Below, piece by piece: positions 1 to 7,493 of a stretch of 13,187 nt of DNA. Within the stretch, counting starts at the first letter, position 1. The number at the start of each line of letters is the position of its first letter. Source of the DNA: a virus. Its lineage: Duplodnaviria > Heunggongvirae > Uroviricota > Caudoviricetes. The translations under genes were made by a program, and so were the position numbers. The notes below the pieces were generated by a model. It saw nothing but the letters and a program-made list of their open reading frames with translations. It ran no database searches and was not told the origin of the DNA. The DNA is taken from positions 1-13,187 of the IMG/VR virus record IMGVR_UViG_2778261447_000008. One strand, 5' to 3'.

Positions 1-266
1 CTAGTCTAAAAACTAGTATTAAGACTATCACTTATTTAAGTGATACTGGTTGTCTGGAGATTCAGGGGGCCAGTCTAACCGCCCTGCAATAATCGAAATA
101 TTAGAAACAACCACTACAACTGTGGAGGCGATGATCGCACATCTGAATAGTATCGATAGTATTTACCATGAACCGATTTACAAAGCGGTTTACGAGTGGG
201 CCGTAAAGATTTTCTATCGATGATACTTCGTTATCTTGCTGGCATTCACAATACCTTTACATACTA

Positions 267-893
267 ATGACATGCCAGCACAATACTGTCACTTACAACC
301 GTTCGGATTACCTAGAGAAAAGTATGATTCAGGATTTACTGATCGAAGCAATTAGTCACGATAGGATGCATAAAAAGTTAAATGAACTGAATTGCTACTT
401 CTACAATCGCAAACATGAAACTCAAATACGTGATGAGTTAGTTGTTATTCTCAATCAAATCAGCACACTAACTGCTTTAAGTGAGCATCCAAAACTCGGT
501 ATCGGCGCTGTTGACATATCACTTTATAACCAGTCGATATTAACGTCTGAACATAATGGCAATGTTGCAACCATCGAGATCAAACACCATTACCCAAAGG
601 ATTTACTTTATCGGCAAGTTCAAGAAGACATCATTTCCGATATTTCAAGAGTAATAGTTTCACCAACTACACATTTTATCCATATAATCCAGCAAAGAAC
701 TAGGATTAATACTCCTTCTTTTGGCCAAGTGAAATTCCTTGAACGTGATGCAAGTGATATCAGCACTTATGTGCAATGCCTTGAAGAGCTAAGTTCCTTC
801 CCCAGTATCTTTCATAAAAAAAGTATATGTATTGAGGTACTTGGTGAAATTATGTCGACATATACCTTTAACGTATATTCATTTGACAACTGA
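267..893 (+). CDS. hypothetical protein; AT-rich cargo (moron) gene convergent with the lysis cassette
   Basis: 208-codon ORF in the track. Codon usage is AT-rich, unlike the flanking phage genes. No family recognised. No Shine-Dalgarno before 267; the Met20 ATG at 324 is preceded by a purine-rich stretch (gagaaaag) and may be the true start. Confidence 0.45.
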   Translation: MTCQHNTVTYNRSDYLEKSMIQDLLIEAISHDRMHKKLNELNCYFYNRKHETQIRDELVVILNQISTLTALSEHPKLGIGAVDISLYNQSILTSEHNGNVATIEIKHHYPKDLLYRQVQEDIISDISRVIVSPTTHFIHIIQQRTRINTPSFGQVKFLERDASDISTYVQCLEELSSFPSIFHKKSICIEVLGEIMSTYTFNVYSFDN

Positions 894-914
894 TTAATTT
901 GACAATTTTATTGC

Positions 915-1172
915 TTAATGGTTAGTTCTCTCTGCATCTATTTTACGAATATCAGCTTTATCCCGATTGCAGTTAGCCAGTGCAGACAACAGACTCACAT
1001 TCAGCTCCAGGCTGGCACCATAAGTCAGAGGATTTGGTATGAACGGTACAGGTGTTTCAGAAGTCAGACTAGTCGGTAATGTTGTAGCCGGAGTGCTCAC
1101 GTAAACTGTCCGCGTACTTCCGCAACCGCTCAGCAGCGGCAGCAGGCACAAGGCGTGCAGCACAACCATCAT
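915..1172 (-). CDS. Rz1-type outer-membrane spanin lipoprotein (o-spanin)
   Basis: Track ORF 915..1238 in a different frame from Rz. Internal Met-Met (ATG at 1172..1170) is followed by a signal peptide with lipobox LLSG|C and a proline-rich mature part (PATTLPTSLTSETPVPFIPNP). It starts inside Rz and runs past the Rz stop. Confidence 0.6.
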   Translation of the reverse strand: MMVVLHALCLLPLLSGCGSTRTVYVSTPATTLPTSLTSETPVPFIPNPLTYGASLELNVSLLSALANCNRDKADIRKIDAERTNH

Positions 1173-1449
1173 CCGCAACAGCCACTTTGATATCTTTCTG
1201 GGTTCTCTGTGACTCCAGTGCGATCTGCTGTTTTGCATGCTGGTTAACCTCTATAACTGTATTGACGATTTGCAGTGATTGCAGGACGTTACGGGTAATG
1301 GCTGTTGCAGATTCAGCATTTTGTACAGCCTCATCAGCACGTTTCTTTTCGTGCTGATATTTGCTGTAGTAGTGGTTGGCAGACCAGATGAAAGAACCGA
1401 TGACAGTAAAGAAGAATGCAGCGATAACCAGCTTATAGCTCAACTTCAT
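1069..1449 (-). CDS. Rz-type inner-membrane spanin (i-spanin)
   Basis: 126 aa with an N-terminal transmembrane helix (LVIAAFFFTVIGSFIW) and a charged, coiled-coil-like periplasmic part. Sits directly downstream of the endolysin and overlaps the Rz1 frame. Confidence 0.7.
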   Translation of the reverse strand: MKLSYKLVIAAFFFTVIGSFIWSANHYYSKYQHEKKRADEAVQNAESATAITRNVLQSLQIVNTVIEVNQHAKQQIALESQRTQKDIKVAVADDGCAARLVPAAAAERLRKYADSLREHSGYNITD

Positions 1450-1909
1450 TTACCACCCCACCAGCCTCTTTAAATCGGGCAATCAGGTCACCGATTTTAT
1501 GTTCATACTGACCGTAACCTGCACCAGGTAACGACGCCCAGATATTGCTGCAACGGTCGATTGCCTGACGAATATCACCGCGATCAATCATCGGTAAAGC
1601 GCCACGCTCTTTAATCTGCTGCAATGCCACAGCATCCTGGCTTTTGGGAGAGAAGTCTTTCAGAGCAAGCTGCTTACGGTAGGCATCCCACCAGCGTGAA
1701 AGAAGCTGGTAACGTCCGGCGGCTGTTGATTTGAGTTTGGGGTTTAGCGTGACAAGTTTGCGAGGGTGATCGGAGTAATCAGTGAACAGTTTGCCACCAA
1801 CAATAACATCATAACCGTGGTTACGTGTCGGTTGTCGCCCGTTATCCGTTCCTTCTGACCAAGCCACCATATCAAGGAAAGCTTTACGCTGGGAATTTAG
1901 TACCTGCAT
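1433..1909 (-). CDS. R: endolysin, lambda R-type lytic transglycosylase
   Basis: The 158 aa translation is near-identical over most of its length to lambda R as I recall it (QRKAFLDM.AWSEGTDNGRQ.TRNHGYDVIVGG, GRYQLLSRWWDAYRKQL, DRCSNIWASLPGAGYGQ). Positioned between holin and Rz. Confidence 0.9.
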   Translation of the reverse strand: MQVLNSQRKAFLDMVAWSEGTDNGRQPTRNHGYDVIVGGKLFTDYSDHPRKLVTLNPKLKSTAAGRYQLLSRWWDAYRKQLALKDFSPKSQDAVALQQIKERGALPMIDRGDIRQAIDRCSNIWASLPGAGYGQYEHKIGDLIARFKEAGGVVNEVEL

Positions 1910-1912
1910 AAA

Positions 1913-2239
1913 TTACTCCTTAGAGCCACCAAATTTGTTACCGATTACTCGCATTGCAGCCCCACGAATAGCATCGACACCGATCAGCCCCACTCCACCA
2001 CCAATGGCAACAGATAGTGATTTAGGCCATCCGACATACTCAAGAGCGGATGCAAAAGTCAGCGTCAGAGCGCCACAGAGTAGAATTTCGAGTGTTTTTC
2101 GCTTCCAGCCACCACCACCGCCAAAATAGGCAATACGTAAACCAGCCATAACAATCGACATAATCACTGCGCCCAGCGGTGTGTCTCCACGCCACCAGCT
2201 CTGGACCAACTCCAACCAGGTATTTGGGTTATGAGGCAT
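1913..2239 (-). CDS. holin (three predicted transmembrane segments)
   Basis: 108 aa with three hydrophobic segments and a charged C-terminus. Stop lies 3 nt upstream of the endolysin start. First gene after a late-leader terminator. Confidence 0.7.
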   Translation of the reverse strand: MPHNPNTWLELVQSWWRGDTPLGAVIMSIVMAGLRIAYFGGGGGWKRKTLEILLCGALTLTFASALEYVGWPKSLSVAIGGGVGLIGVDAIRGAAMRVIGNKFGGSKE

Positions 2240-2377
2240 TTGTAGTTATCTCTCACCTCGCTGATACAGCAGGTGCAAATTGAGGAAACATCATGTACCG
2301 CAAATCAGAAGCGGAAACGTCAAAGAAGCCGAGTCAATGGATAACTGCGGGATAGGCCAGGACCAAGGAATCCCCAG

Positions 2378-2413
2378 ACCCAGAAACGACAAAACCCGCT
2401 CGATGGCGGGTTT
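2378..2413 (-). terminator. intrinsic terminator in the late leader (tR'-like), minus-strand sense
   Basis: Perfect 8-bp stem aaacccgc / gcgggttt (2392-2399 and 2406-2413) with a 6-nt loop. On the minus strand it is followed by ttttgtcgttt; the plus-strand side has only three T. Confidence 0.5.
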
Positions 2414-2420
2414 AAGCTGT

Positions 2421-2530
2421 GTGGCGAAGTGAGCACACTTAACAGATTACGATATTTTTTGCGTACGCGTTAGTGTTTTGATAGAATTTTCAGCCGCATA
2501 AAAATTCATTCTTATAATTCGGGATATATA
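2421..2530. promoter_or_regulatory. intergenic control region: candidate late promoter/qut on the minus strand and candidate cassette promoter on the plus strand
   Basis: Non-coding gap between the terminator hairpin and the cassette start. A perfect TATAAT lies at 2513-2518 (plus), 12 nt before the ATG at 2531, with no good -35. The minus-strand pR'-like hexamers could not be pinned down by eye. Confidence 0.3.
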
Positions 2531-3706
2531 ATGGATATAACTTGTTTAGAATGTGGCAATGTTCTTGACGACCCAACTGTAGCTTGCGATAAATGCGGTG
2601 CCACGCCTCATGTTGTAGTGCTGGGCAAACAATCGTACTTTCCTATTGGTGCTGTAACAGCAAATCTTGAAAAAAATGATTCAAGAGCATTTGATTATCG
2701 ATTAGGTGAAGTTTGGGATCTAAAAAATGAAGTCACATCTGAATTCATAACCAGAATTGAGAAAAAATTTAGCCGAAAAAACAAATTTCATAACTTCCTA
2801 GACTCAGATCACAACCCTTCATCCATTCCTACGATCCTAAAAAAATACATTAATAAAAATAATGAATTCATTGATTTATCTAGAGCTATAATAGAGAAGC
2901 TTAAACATAATGCTAATAACGAATCGAGAGTTGCCCAACTTCAGGGGGGGAGCGTTGTTTTCATCCACTATAAGTCTACCGAACCAGAGGATTTGGGGAA
3001 ACTTCTAATCGTAATGGTTGATAAACAAAGCGCCTATGACTTTGATTCGGATAAGTTGACCCCAACAAGATTAAATCCAATTAATACCGATGCCTTACGG
3101 CAGGCTGCGATGTTCGATTTAACTTTATTCGAAGCCAGTTATCCAGAAAACAAGGGTGACTCATATGTACATTTCTTGCAAGGTAAATCTAAAAGCGATT
3201 TTTTCAAAGACTCATTAGGTTGCCGACATGATTCGGACAATAAAAGAAGCATTCAGCAATTATTCAGTGCTATAGATATTTTTGCTAGTAAAAACTCACT
3301 CGGTCGTGTACTGCGTGATACTATTGACAATGAAGTTAAATCCTTACTGGAAAAAAAATCAAAAGATAAATACGGAAATAAGTCCGTTAAGATAGAGGAT
3401 ATTTCAAAAATAATTGACTCATGCCTGACTGATTCACACAAATGTAAGGGAACGTTTGTCGATTTTGTTAATCTTAATGGTTTCCAGATTGACCCTCAAT
3501 TTGAACCAACTCCTAAAGCAGCTGAAAGCGCGCTTACAATTGAAGTGGCAGATAACGACAATAATTTTAAGTTGAAAATAATGCGTGGAGCTATTGGAGA
3601 CGAAAAGTCAAATAAGCCTGTAATTCTCACTGACAACAAATGCGAAATTGTGATAAAATTGAGTCAGGCAAATTATGATGAACTCAAAAGATATAGAGAC
3701 AGCTAA
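2531..3706 (+). CDS. zinc-ribbon protein with NdpA/YejK (NA37)-like nucleoid-associated-protein region; first gene of AT-rich cargo cassette
   Basis: 391 aa. N-terminal Cys4 motif (CLECGN...CDKCG). The central region carries motifs I recognise from E. coli YejK/NdpA (GGSVVFIHY vs GGFVLFCHY; YVHFLQGKSKSDFFKDSLG vs [22 protein letters not shown]), recalled from memory. Very AT-rich. Confidence 0.6.
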   Translation: MDITCLECGNVLDDPTVACDKCGATPHVVVLGKQSYFPIGAVTANLEKNDSRAFDYRLGEVWDLKNEVTSEFITRIEKKFSRKNKFHNFLDSDHNPSSIPTILKKYINKNNEFIDLSRAIIEKLKHNANNESRVAQLQGGSVVFIHYKSTEPEDLGKLLIVMVDKQSAYDFDSDKLTPTRLNPINTDALRQAAMFDLTLFEASYPENKGDSYVHFLQGKSKSDFFKDSLGCRHDSDNKRSIQQLFSAIDIFASKNSLGRVLRDTIDNEVKSLLEKKSKDKYGNKSVKIEDISKIIDSCLTDSHKCKGTFVDFVNLNGFQIDPQFEPTPKAAESALTIEVADNDNNFKLKIMRGAIGDEKSNKPVILTDNKCEIVIKLSQANYDELKRYRDS

Positions 3707-3708
3707 TA

Positions 3709-4269
3709 ATGACAATTGCTGATGACTTATCAAGATTAGCGCAGATTATTAACGGAGCCTCAAGCAGAGTTGAGGGCTACTACACTGTCATAAGTCTTGA
3801 AGAAAGCATTGTTATTGTAAATAGTTCTGAAATAATTAGACTGTTACAATCTATAGGTTATAAAAAGGCAACAACCTGCATCGAAAATAATGAAATTTGG
3901 CTAGATCGCCAAGCTTCATCTTGGGATGACGCTATAATTTATGAGAATGTTGAGTCTTTTTGGTCTAGAGTAAACACCCAAAACGCTCTTCCGAAAAATT
4001 ATATCATCGGAACGCCGTTAATACTCCCTACTTCTAAGAATGAAAGCATCGAAAAAATCCATATTTTCTTTATGTGGAAAGATATCCTTTCATTAATTGC
4101 TGATCATCATAACAGTGACTGCTCTGTCTTATTTTTCACCAATGAAGACAAAAGTTATACAGTCGAACTCACGCATTTTTTACAATATAGCGAGATTAAT
4201 CGCTTATCGAACTCGTCTCTTAAATATGAAATTATAAAGGAGCTTCTCGACACAATAAAAAATCAATGA
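3709..4269 (+). CDS. hypothetical protein; second gene of cargo cassette
   Basis: 186 aa. The ATG overlaps the tandem stop codons of the upstream gene (taaTAATG), indicating translational coupling. AT-rich; no recognisable family. Confidence 0.55.
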   Translation: MTIADDLSRLAQIINGASSRVEGYYTVISLEESIVIVNSSEIIRLLQSIGYKKATTCIENNEIWLDRQASSWDDAIIYENVESFWSRVNTQNALPKNYIIGTPLILPTSKNESIEKIHIFFMWKDILSLIADHHNSDCSVLFFTNEDKSYTVELTHFLQYSEINRLSNSSLKYEIIKELLDTIKNQ

Positions 4270-4354
4270 TTTACACAAAAGCGAGCGCAAACTCGTTATA
4301 CGCTCAGCCATAAACGAAGTATTTAAAGCAAATGGTACGTTCAATTTCTTTGAC

Positions 4355-4924
4355 TTGCTTAACTCTACTGAACTCGTCAGGAAAAAATATGATGAACTAT
4401 ATGAGATTTACACAAAGAGGTTTTCTGTAAATAAAATTCTTAACGAACTCGATGAGAAAAATCTTGAGTTCACGAGTAAAATTAACGAATTCATATCATC
4501 TAATCAGACAAAAGCATTGACTATTCCCGGTGCATTAATAGCAGCTGGTGGCTTAGTGAAGGCTAATGAAACAACCGAAGCAATATTGATTATCGCAGGA
4601 CTTTGGATGATAAAAAAAGTCAATTACATTTCTATTGAGATATTCAATGAAACATTCGACAACTTACGTTCTCGAGTGGAGTCCGCTTTCGATAAGTATT
4701 TAAAGTTTGAAGAAAATAAAGAAATCAAAGATAATGCAGATAGTATTAAGAGTAGCATTACAGGTTTGATTGATAAAGCTAAAAAAAGGATGAGAACTGT
4801 TAAATATCTCGCATCAGCCATGTTTTATGGAGGCCTTATTTACGTTGGATATAAACAGTTCCCAGTCTTTTTTGAAAAATCGGCAGTAAATCTATTTTAT
4901 TTTTTATGCCATACTATAAGCTAA
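4355..4924 (+). CDS. small predicted membrane protein (two hydrophobic helices); third gene of cargo cassette; start codon uncertain
   Basis: 189-codon frame with hydrophobic segments ALTIPGALIAAGGLV...ILIIAGLWMI and YLASAMFYGGLIYVGY. The track start is TTG with no Shine-Dalgarno and there is no in-frame ATG before residue 84. A strong AGGA-N6-ATG at 4379-4391 is in another frame. The 3' end overlaps the Q 3' end by 21 bp. Confidence 0.45.
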   Translation: MLNSTELVRKKYDELYEIYTKRFSVNKILNELDEKNLEFTSKINEFISSNQTKALTIPGALIAAGGLVKANETTEAILIIAGLWMIKKVNYISIEIFNETFDNLRSRVESAFDKYLKFEENKEIKDNADSIKSSITGLIDKAKKRMRTVKYLASAMFYGGLIYVGYKQFPVFFEKSAVNLFYFLCHTIS

Positions 4925-5275
4925 CATTGCTAAACAGCCGTCAACAAACCCCATTGCAGTTTGCAGTTCCTTCCTAATTGTGCCATCAGAGCATTTTCTC
5001 TTCTTCGCAATAGTGCGTAATGAGATACCGATAACAAAGTGGGCGATGATGAGCTCATATTCCTCTGGTTTATACCTTCTCAACCGAGCCACACAACTGT
5101 CTATCATGATGCCTTCGTCATCATCACACTGAATCCGTGACTTTTTGCCATGAGGTAAAAGTCCCTTGAAACCAGCCGCTATCGGCTGCCAGTCCACTCC
5201 GCTATTGTCTGAAGCAGCCCAAGCTCCCCAACGATCCATTACTTCATACATATCACGCATCAACTTTCTCCACAA
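4904..5275 (-). CDS. Q: late-gene antiterminator Q (QuuD / phage-82-type)
   Basis: 123 aa with the motifs RWGAWAA, IAAGFKGL, KSRIQCDDD, C.ARL and CSDG.I.K.LQ that I recall from E. coli QuuD-type Q proteins. Last gene of the minus-strand early operon, upstream of the lysis genes. Confidence 0.8.
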   Translation of the reverse strand: MWRKLMRDMYEVMDRWGAWAASDNSGVDWQPIAAGFKGLLPHGKKSRIQCDDDEGIMIDSCVARLRRYKPEEYELIIAHFVIGISLRTIAKKRKCSDGTIRKELQTAMGFVDGCLAMLAYSMA

Positions 5276-5277
5276 AA

Positions 5278-6273
5278 TCAGGCCAGCACACCAATTGCCA
5301 GCGCACGATCGATAAAACGAAATATCAACTCCAGCTGGGAGCCATACTTCTCTTCAAATGCCACGGTATCCGCATGCAGCTCGTCGTGATGCTTTCTGCA
5401 CAAAGGCAACACAAAGAGATCATGCGCTTTTGTACCCATTCCCCCCTGACCGTGGCCTATCAGATGGTGGGGATCATCAGCAGGCTTTCCACAACATGCA
5501 CACGGCTGCGTCTTAACCCAGCGCGTGTACTTTTCATTAACCCAGCGGCGACGTTTTGGGCGTAACATAAAAGACTCCGGCGACTCCGGCTCCACTTTCA
5601 GCGCCAGCACCTTTTTCGCTTTATCCTGGATGATGCTGGTGGCAGGAACCGAAGGAACAAGGTCACTTTCCCGGGTGACAGACGGCACAACAGGCTTCGG
5701 TAATCTCAGTGCCTTACGGGCTGCACTTTCCGGTAAGGCATCCGCCAGGTCATTACGAACCAGCCACCAGCATAGTTCCGGCATTGTCACAACGTGACTA
5801 TCATCAAAACCGAGATCCCGACGCACAACAGACAATACCCAGCGGGCACAGTTATCCGTTGCCATTGATTCCAGCCGTTCCGTGAACTGATCGCGCAGCT
5901 GGTTATCGCAGTGCCAGCACAGACGGATTGCGCCCGGAGCGTGTCGCATTGTGGTCATGTTCTCGCTGTGCCAGTCGGAATGAGGCCACTGGCAGCCTTT
6001 TTCACGAAGTAACCAGCTTTCAAGACATTCCACCCCACCAGCACGACGGATCACTGTCTCATTGCGGAACACGGCCCGAACGGCAGGATCATCCGCCAGC
6101 GTTTGTGATGCCGCCGGAACGGCACCACTGGCAAAAGATGAATAACGTTCCGGCTCAGGCTCCAGCAGGACACGCCCCTGCATAAACAGGGGCATCAGCT
6201 CTGAACCTGGTCTGAACAATACGATCCCCATACGCGGGGCAATTTCAGGGGTCAGTAGCGCTCTCACGGTCAC
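5278..6273 (-). CDS. DUF968-family prophage protein with HNH-like Cys/His cluster (YdfU-like)
   Basis: 331 aa; the C-terminus carries CACCGKPADDPHHLIGHGQGG...CRKHHDELH. Typical nin-region position between KilA-N and Q. Tightly packed against both neighbours. Confidence 0.7.
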   Translation of the reverse strand: MTVRALLTPEIAPRMGIVLFRPGSELMPLFMQGRVLLEPEPERYSSFASGAVPAASQTLADDPAVRAVFRNETVIRRAGGVECLESWLLREKGCQWPHSDWHSENMTTMRHAPGAIRLCWHCDNQLRDQFTERLESMATDNCARWVLSVVRRDLGFDDSHVVTMPELCWWLVRNDLADALPESAARKALRLPKPVVPSVTRESDLVPSVPATSIIQDKAKKVLALKVEPESPESFMLRPKRRRWVNEKYTRWVKTQPCACCGKPADDPHHLIGHGQGGMGTKAHDLFVLPLCRKHHDELHADTVAFEEKYGSQLELIFRFIDRALAIGVLA

Positions 6274-6274
6274 C

Positions 6275-7084
6275 TCAATGAACGGTATCGAGCAGCTTTA
6301 ACAGCTCAGGGAATCGGGATTCGAAGAAATGCGGCTGCGTCTCGCGCGGATTTGCGGGACTGGTGATGTTCTTGCCGAACATGCAACCTTTCGCTGTCAG
6401 CGACCAGAATTTTTTGATGTTGTTAATCGCGGTACGGCTGTATCGTTCGCGCTGCTCGACGATCCCCAGTTTCACCATCTGGTGATATGCCTGATTAGCC
6501 GTCAGGCGTATACCATACTGTTTCAGCAGTGCGCTCAGTGACAGTGTCGGGCGACTTGAGCCATCGTGTGCATCAGCAGGAGCATCAATGGCATAGCGCG
6601 GTGCCAGATTCGGTAAGCCAACAGCCTCCTGGAGTTTCTGACAGGCACCAAGCACTGAAGAGTTAGACAGGTTTAACTCCCGGCGCATAAAGTCCAGCAG
6701 GATCACGCCAGCCTGCATCTTGTCAGCAGCCTGTCCGGATAATTTTTCCGGTGCGCTGGTTACCATATCGAAAGTACGGATCACCTTCAGATGGAATGAC
6801 GGGCTGATCCACATTGCATAGGCATACACCAGTTCCTTGCAGACATACGTTCCCCGTTCATTTCCCCCATGAATCACACTCACCGGGTCAACACCCAAAT
6901 TCTGGGTGTTGGTCAATTCATGAACAAGCTCAACAGTTTGTTGGCTGGAAAGAAACTTTCCCGGCTCCTTGGTTCTGGCATTTGCACCAGATGCTACTGC
7001 TGCGCGATGCAGATCGTTCAGGCTGTAACGCCCATAAGCATCACGACGAACTTCAATACCATCAATGACCATCAGATTATTCAT
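6275..7084 (-). CDS. KilA-N domain protein
   Basis: Starting at Met12 of the track ORF (ATG 7084..7082) gives an AAGGAG Shine-Dalgarno 9 nt upstream. N-terminal region (MVIDGIEVRRDAYGRYSLNDLHRAA) resembles KilA-N DNA-binding domains. Confidence 0.65.
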   Translation of the reverse strand: MNNLMVIDGIEVRRDAYGRYSLNDLHRAAVASGANARTKEPGKFLSSQQTVELVHELTNTQNLGVDPVSVIHGGNERGTYVCKELVYAYAMWISPSFHLKVIRTFDMVTSAPEKLSGQAADKMQAGVILLDFMRRELNLSNSSVLGACQKLQEAVGLPNLAPRYAIDAPADAHDGSSRPTLSLSALLKQYGIRLTANQAYHQMVKLGIVEQRERYSRTAINNIKKFWSLTAKGCMFGKNITSPANPRETQPHFFESRFPELLKLLDTVH

Positions 7085-7103
7085 ACTTCGTTTCTCCTTT
7101 TGC

Positions 7104-7493
7104 TCAGGCGGCTGCACCCGCCGTTTTCTCGTACTTACTGATAGTGATCTCGACCTTCCCTTCCGGGATAACCGGTCCCCACTCCACCAGCATTCTTTTC
7201 ACCTGACTGTCGTCTTCCCACACACCCGCGTGGGTCAGGGCGTCAAACAGTGCCTTGTTATAGTTGTCCAGATCGCGGATCCGGTTATCCGGAGGAAACA
7301 ACACGATCTCCACTGAAGCAGGTGCCGACGTTGGTTTCGGCAGACGACGTAACTGCTCAACTATTGCTGCGCACGCCGCGCTCTGGAATTTGCGCCCCGC
7401 CGCGCTTATCAGGCTCTTACCTGCAAACGCCCCTTTGTTGGGGTGTCGCCAGTACGTGTTCACGCTGAGCGGAAAAGGCCGGATCAGCTTCAT
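7104..7493 (-). CDS. rusA: RusA-family Holliday junction resolvase
   Basis: 129 aa with RDLDNYNKALFDALTHAGVWEDDSQV, matching the RusA catalytic-core pattern (RRDLDN...FDALT.AG.W.DD.QV). Confidence 0.85.
   Translation of the reverse strand: MKLIRPFPLSVNTYWRHPNKGAFAGKSLISAAGRKFQSAACAAIVEQLRRLPKPTSAPASVEIVLFPPDNRIRDLDNYNKALFDALTHAGVWEDDSQVKRMLVEWGPVIPEGKVEITISKYEKTAGAAA

Noticed and set aside
1279-2129. Plus-strand 64-aa ORFs antisense to Rz/R and to the holin
   Set aside because: Antisense to confidently assigned lysis genes; no ribosome-binding sites; low-complexity products.
2240-2530. Expected tRNA genes or toxin genes between Q and the holin, as in Stx phages
   Set aside because: No cloverleaf-compatible sequence or stx-like ORF is seen; the cargo here is the unrelated AT-rich cassette.
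2531-4924. Cassette as a retron or toxin-antitoxin pair
   Set aside because: No reverse-transcriptase-sized ORF or msr/msd-like inverted repeats upstream, and the gene sizes do not fit a typical small toxin-antitoxin pair.
5374-6185. Plus-strand ORFs (63, 90 and 85 aa) inside the DUF968 gene
   Set aside because: Antisense shadow ORFs with no start signals and low-complexity translations.
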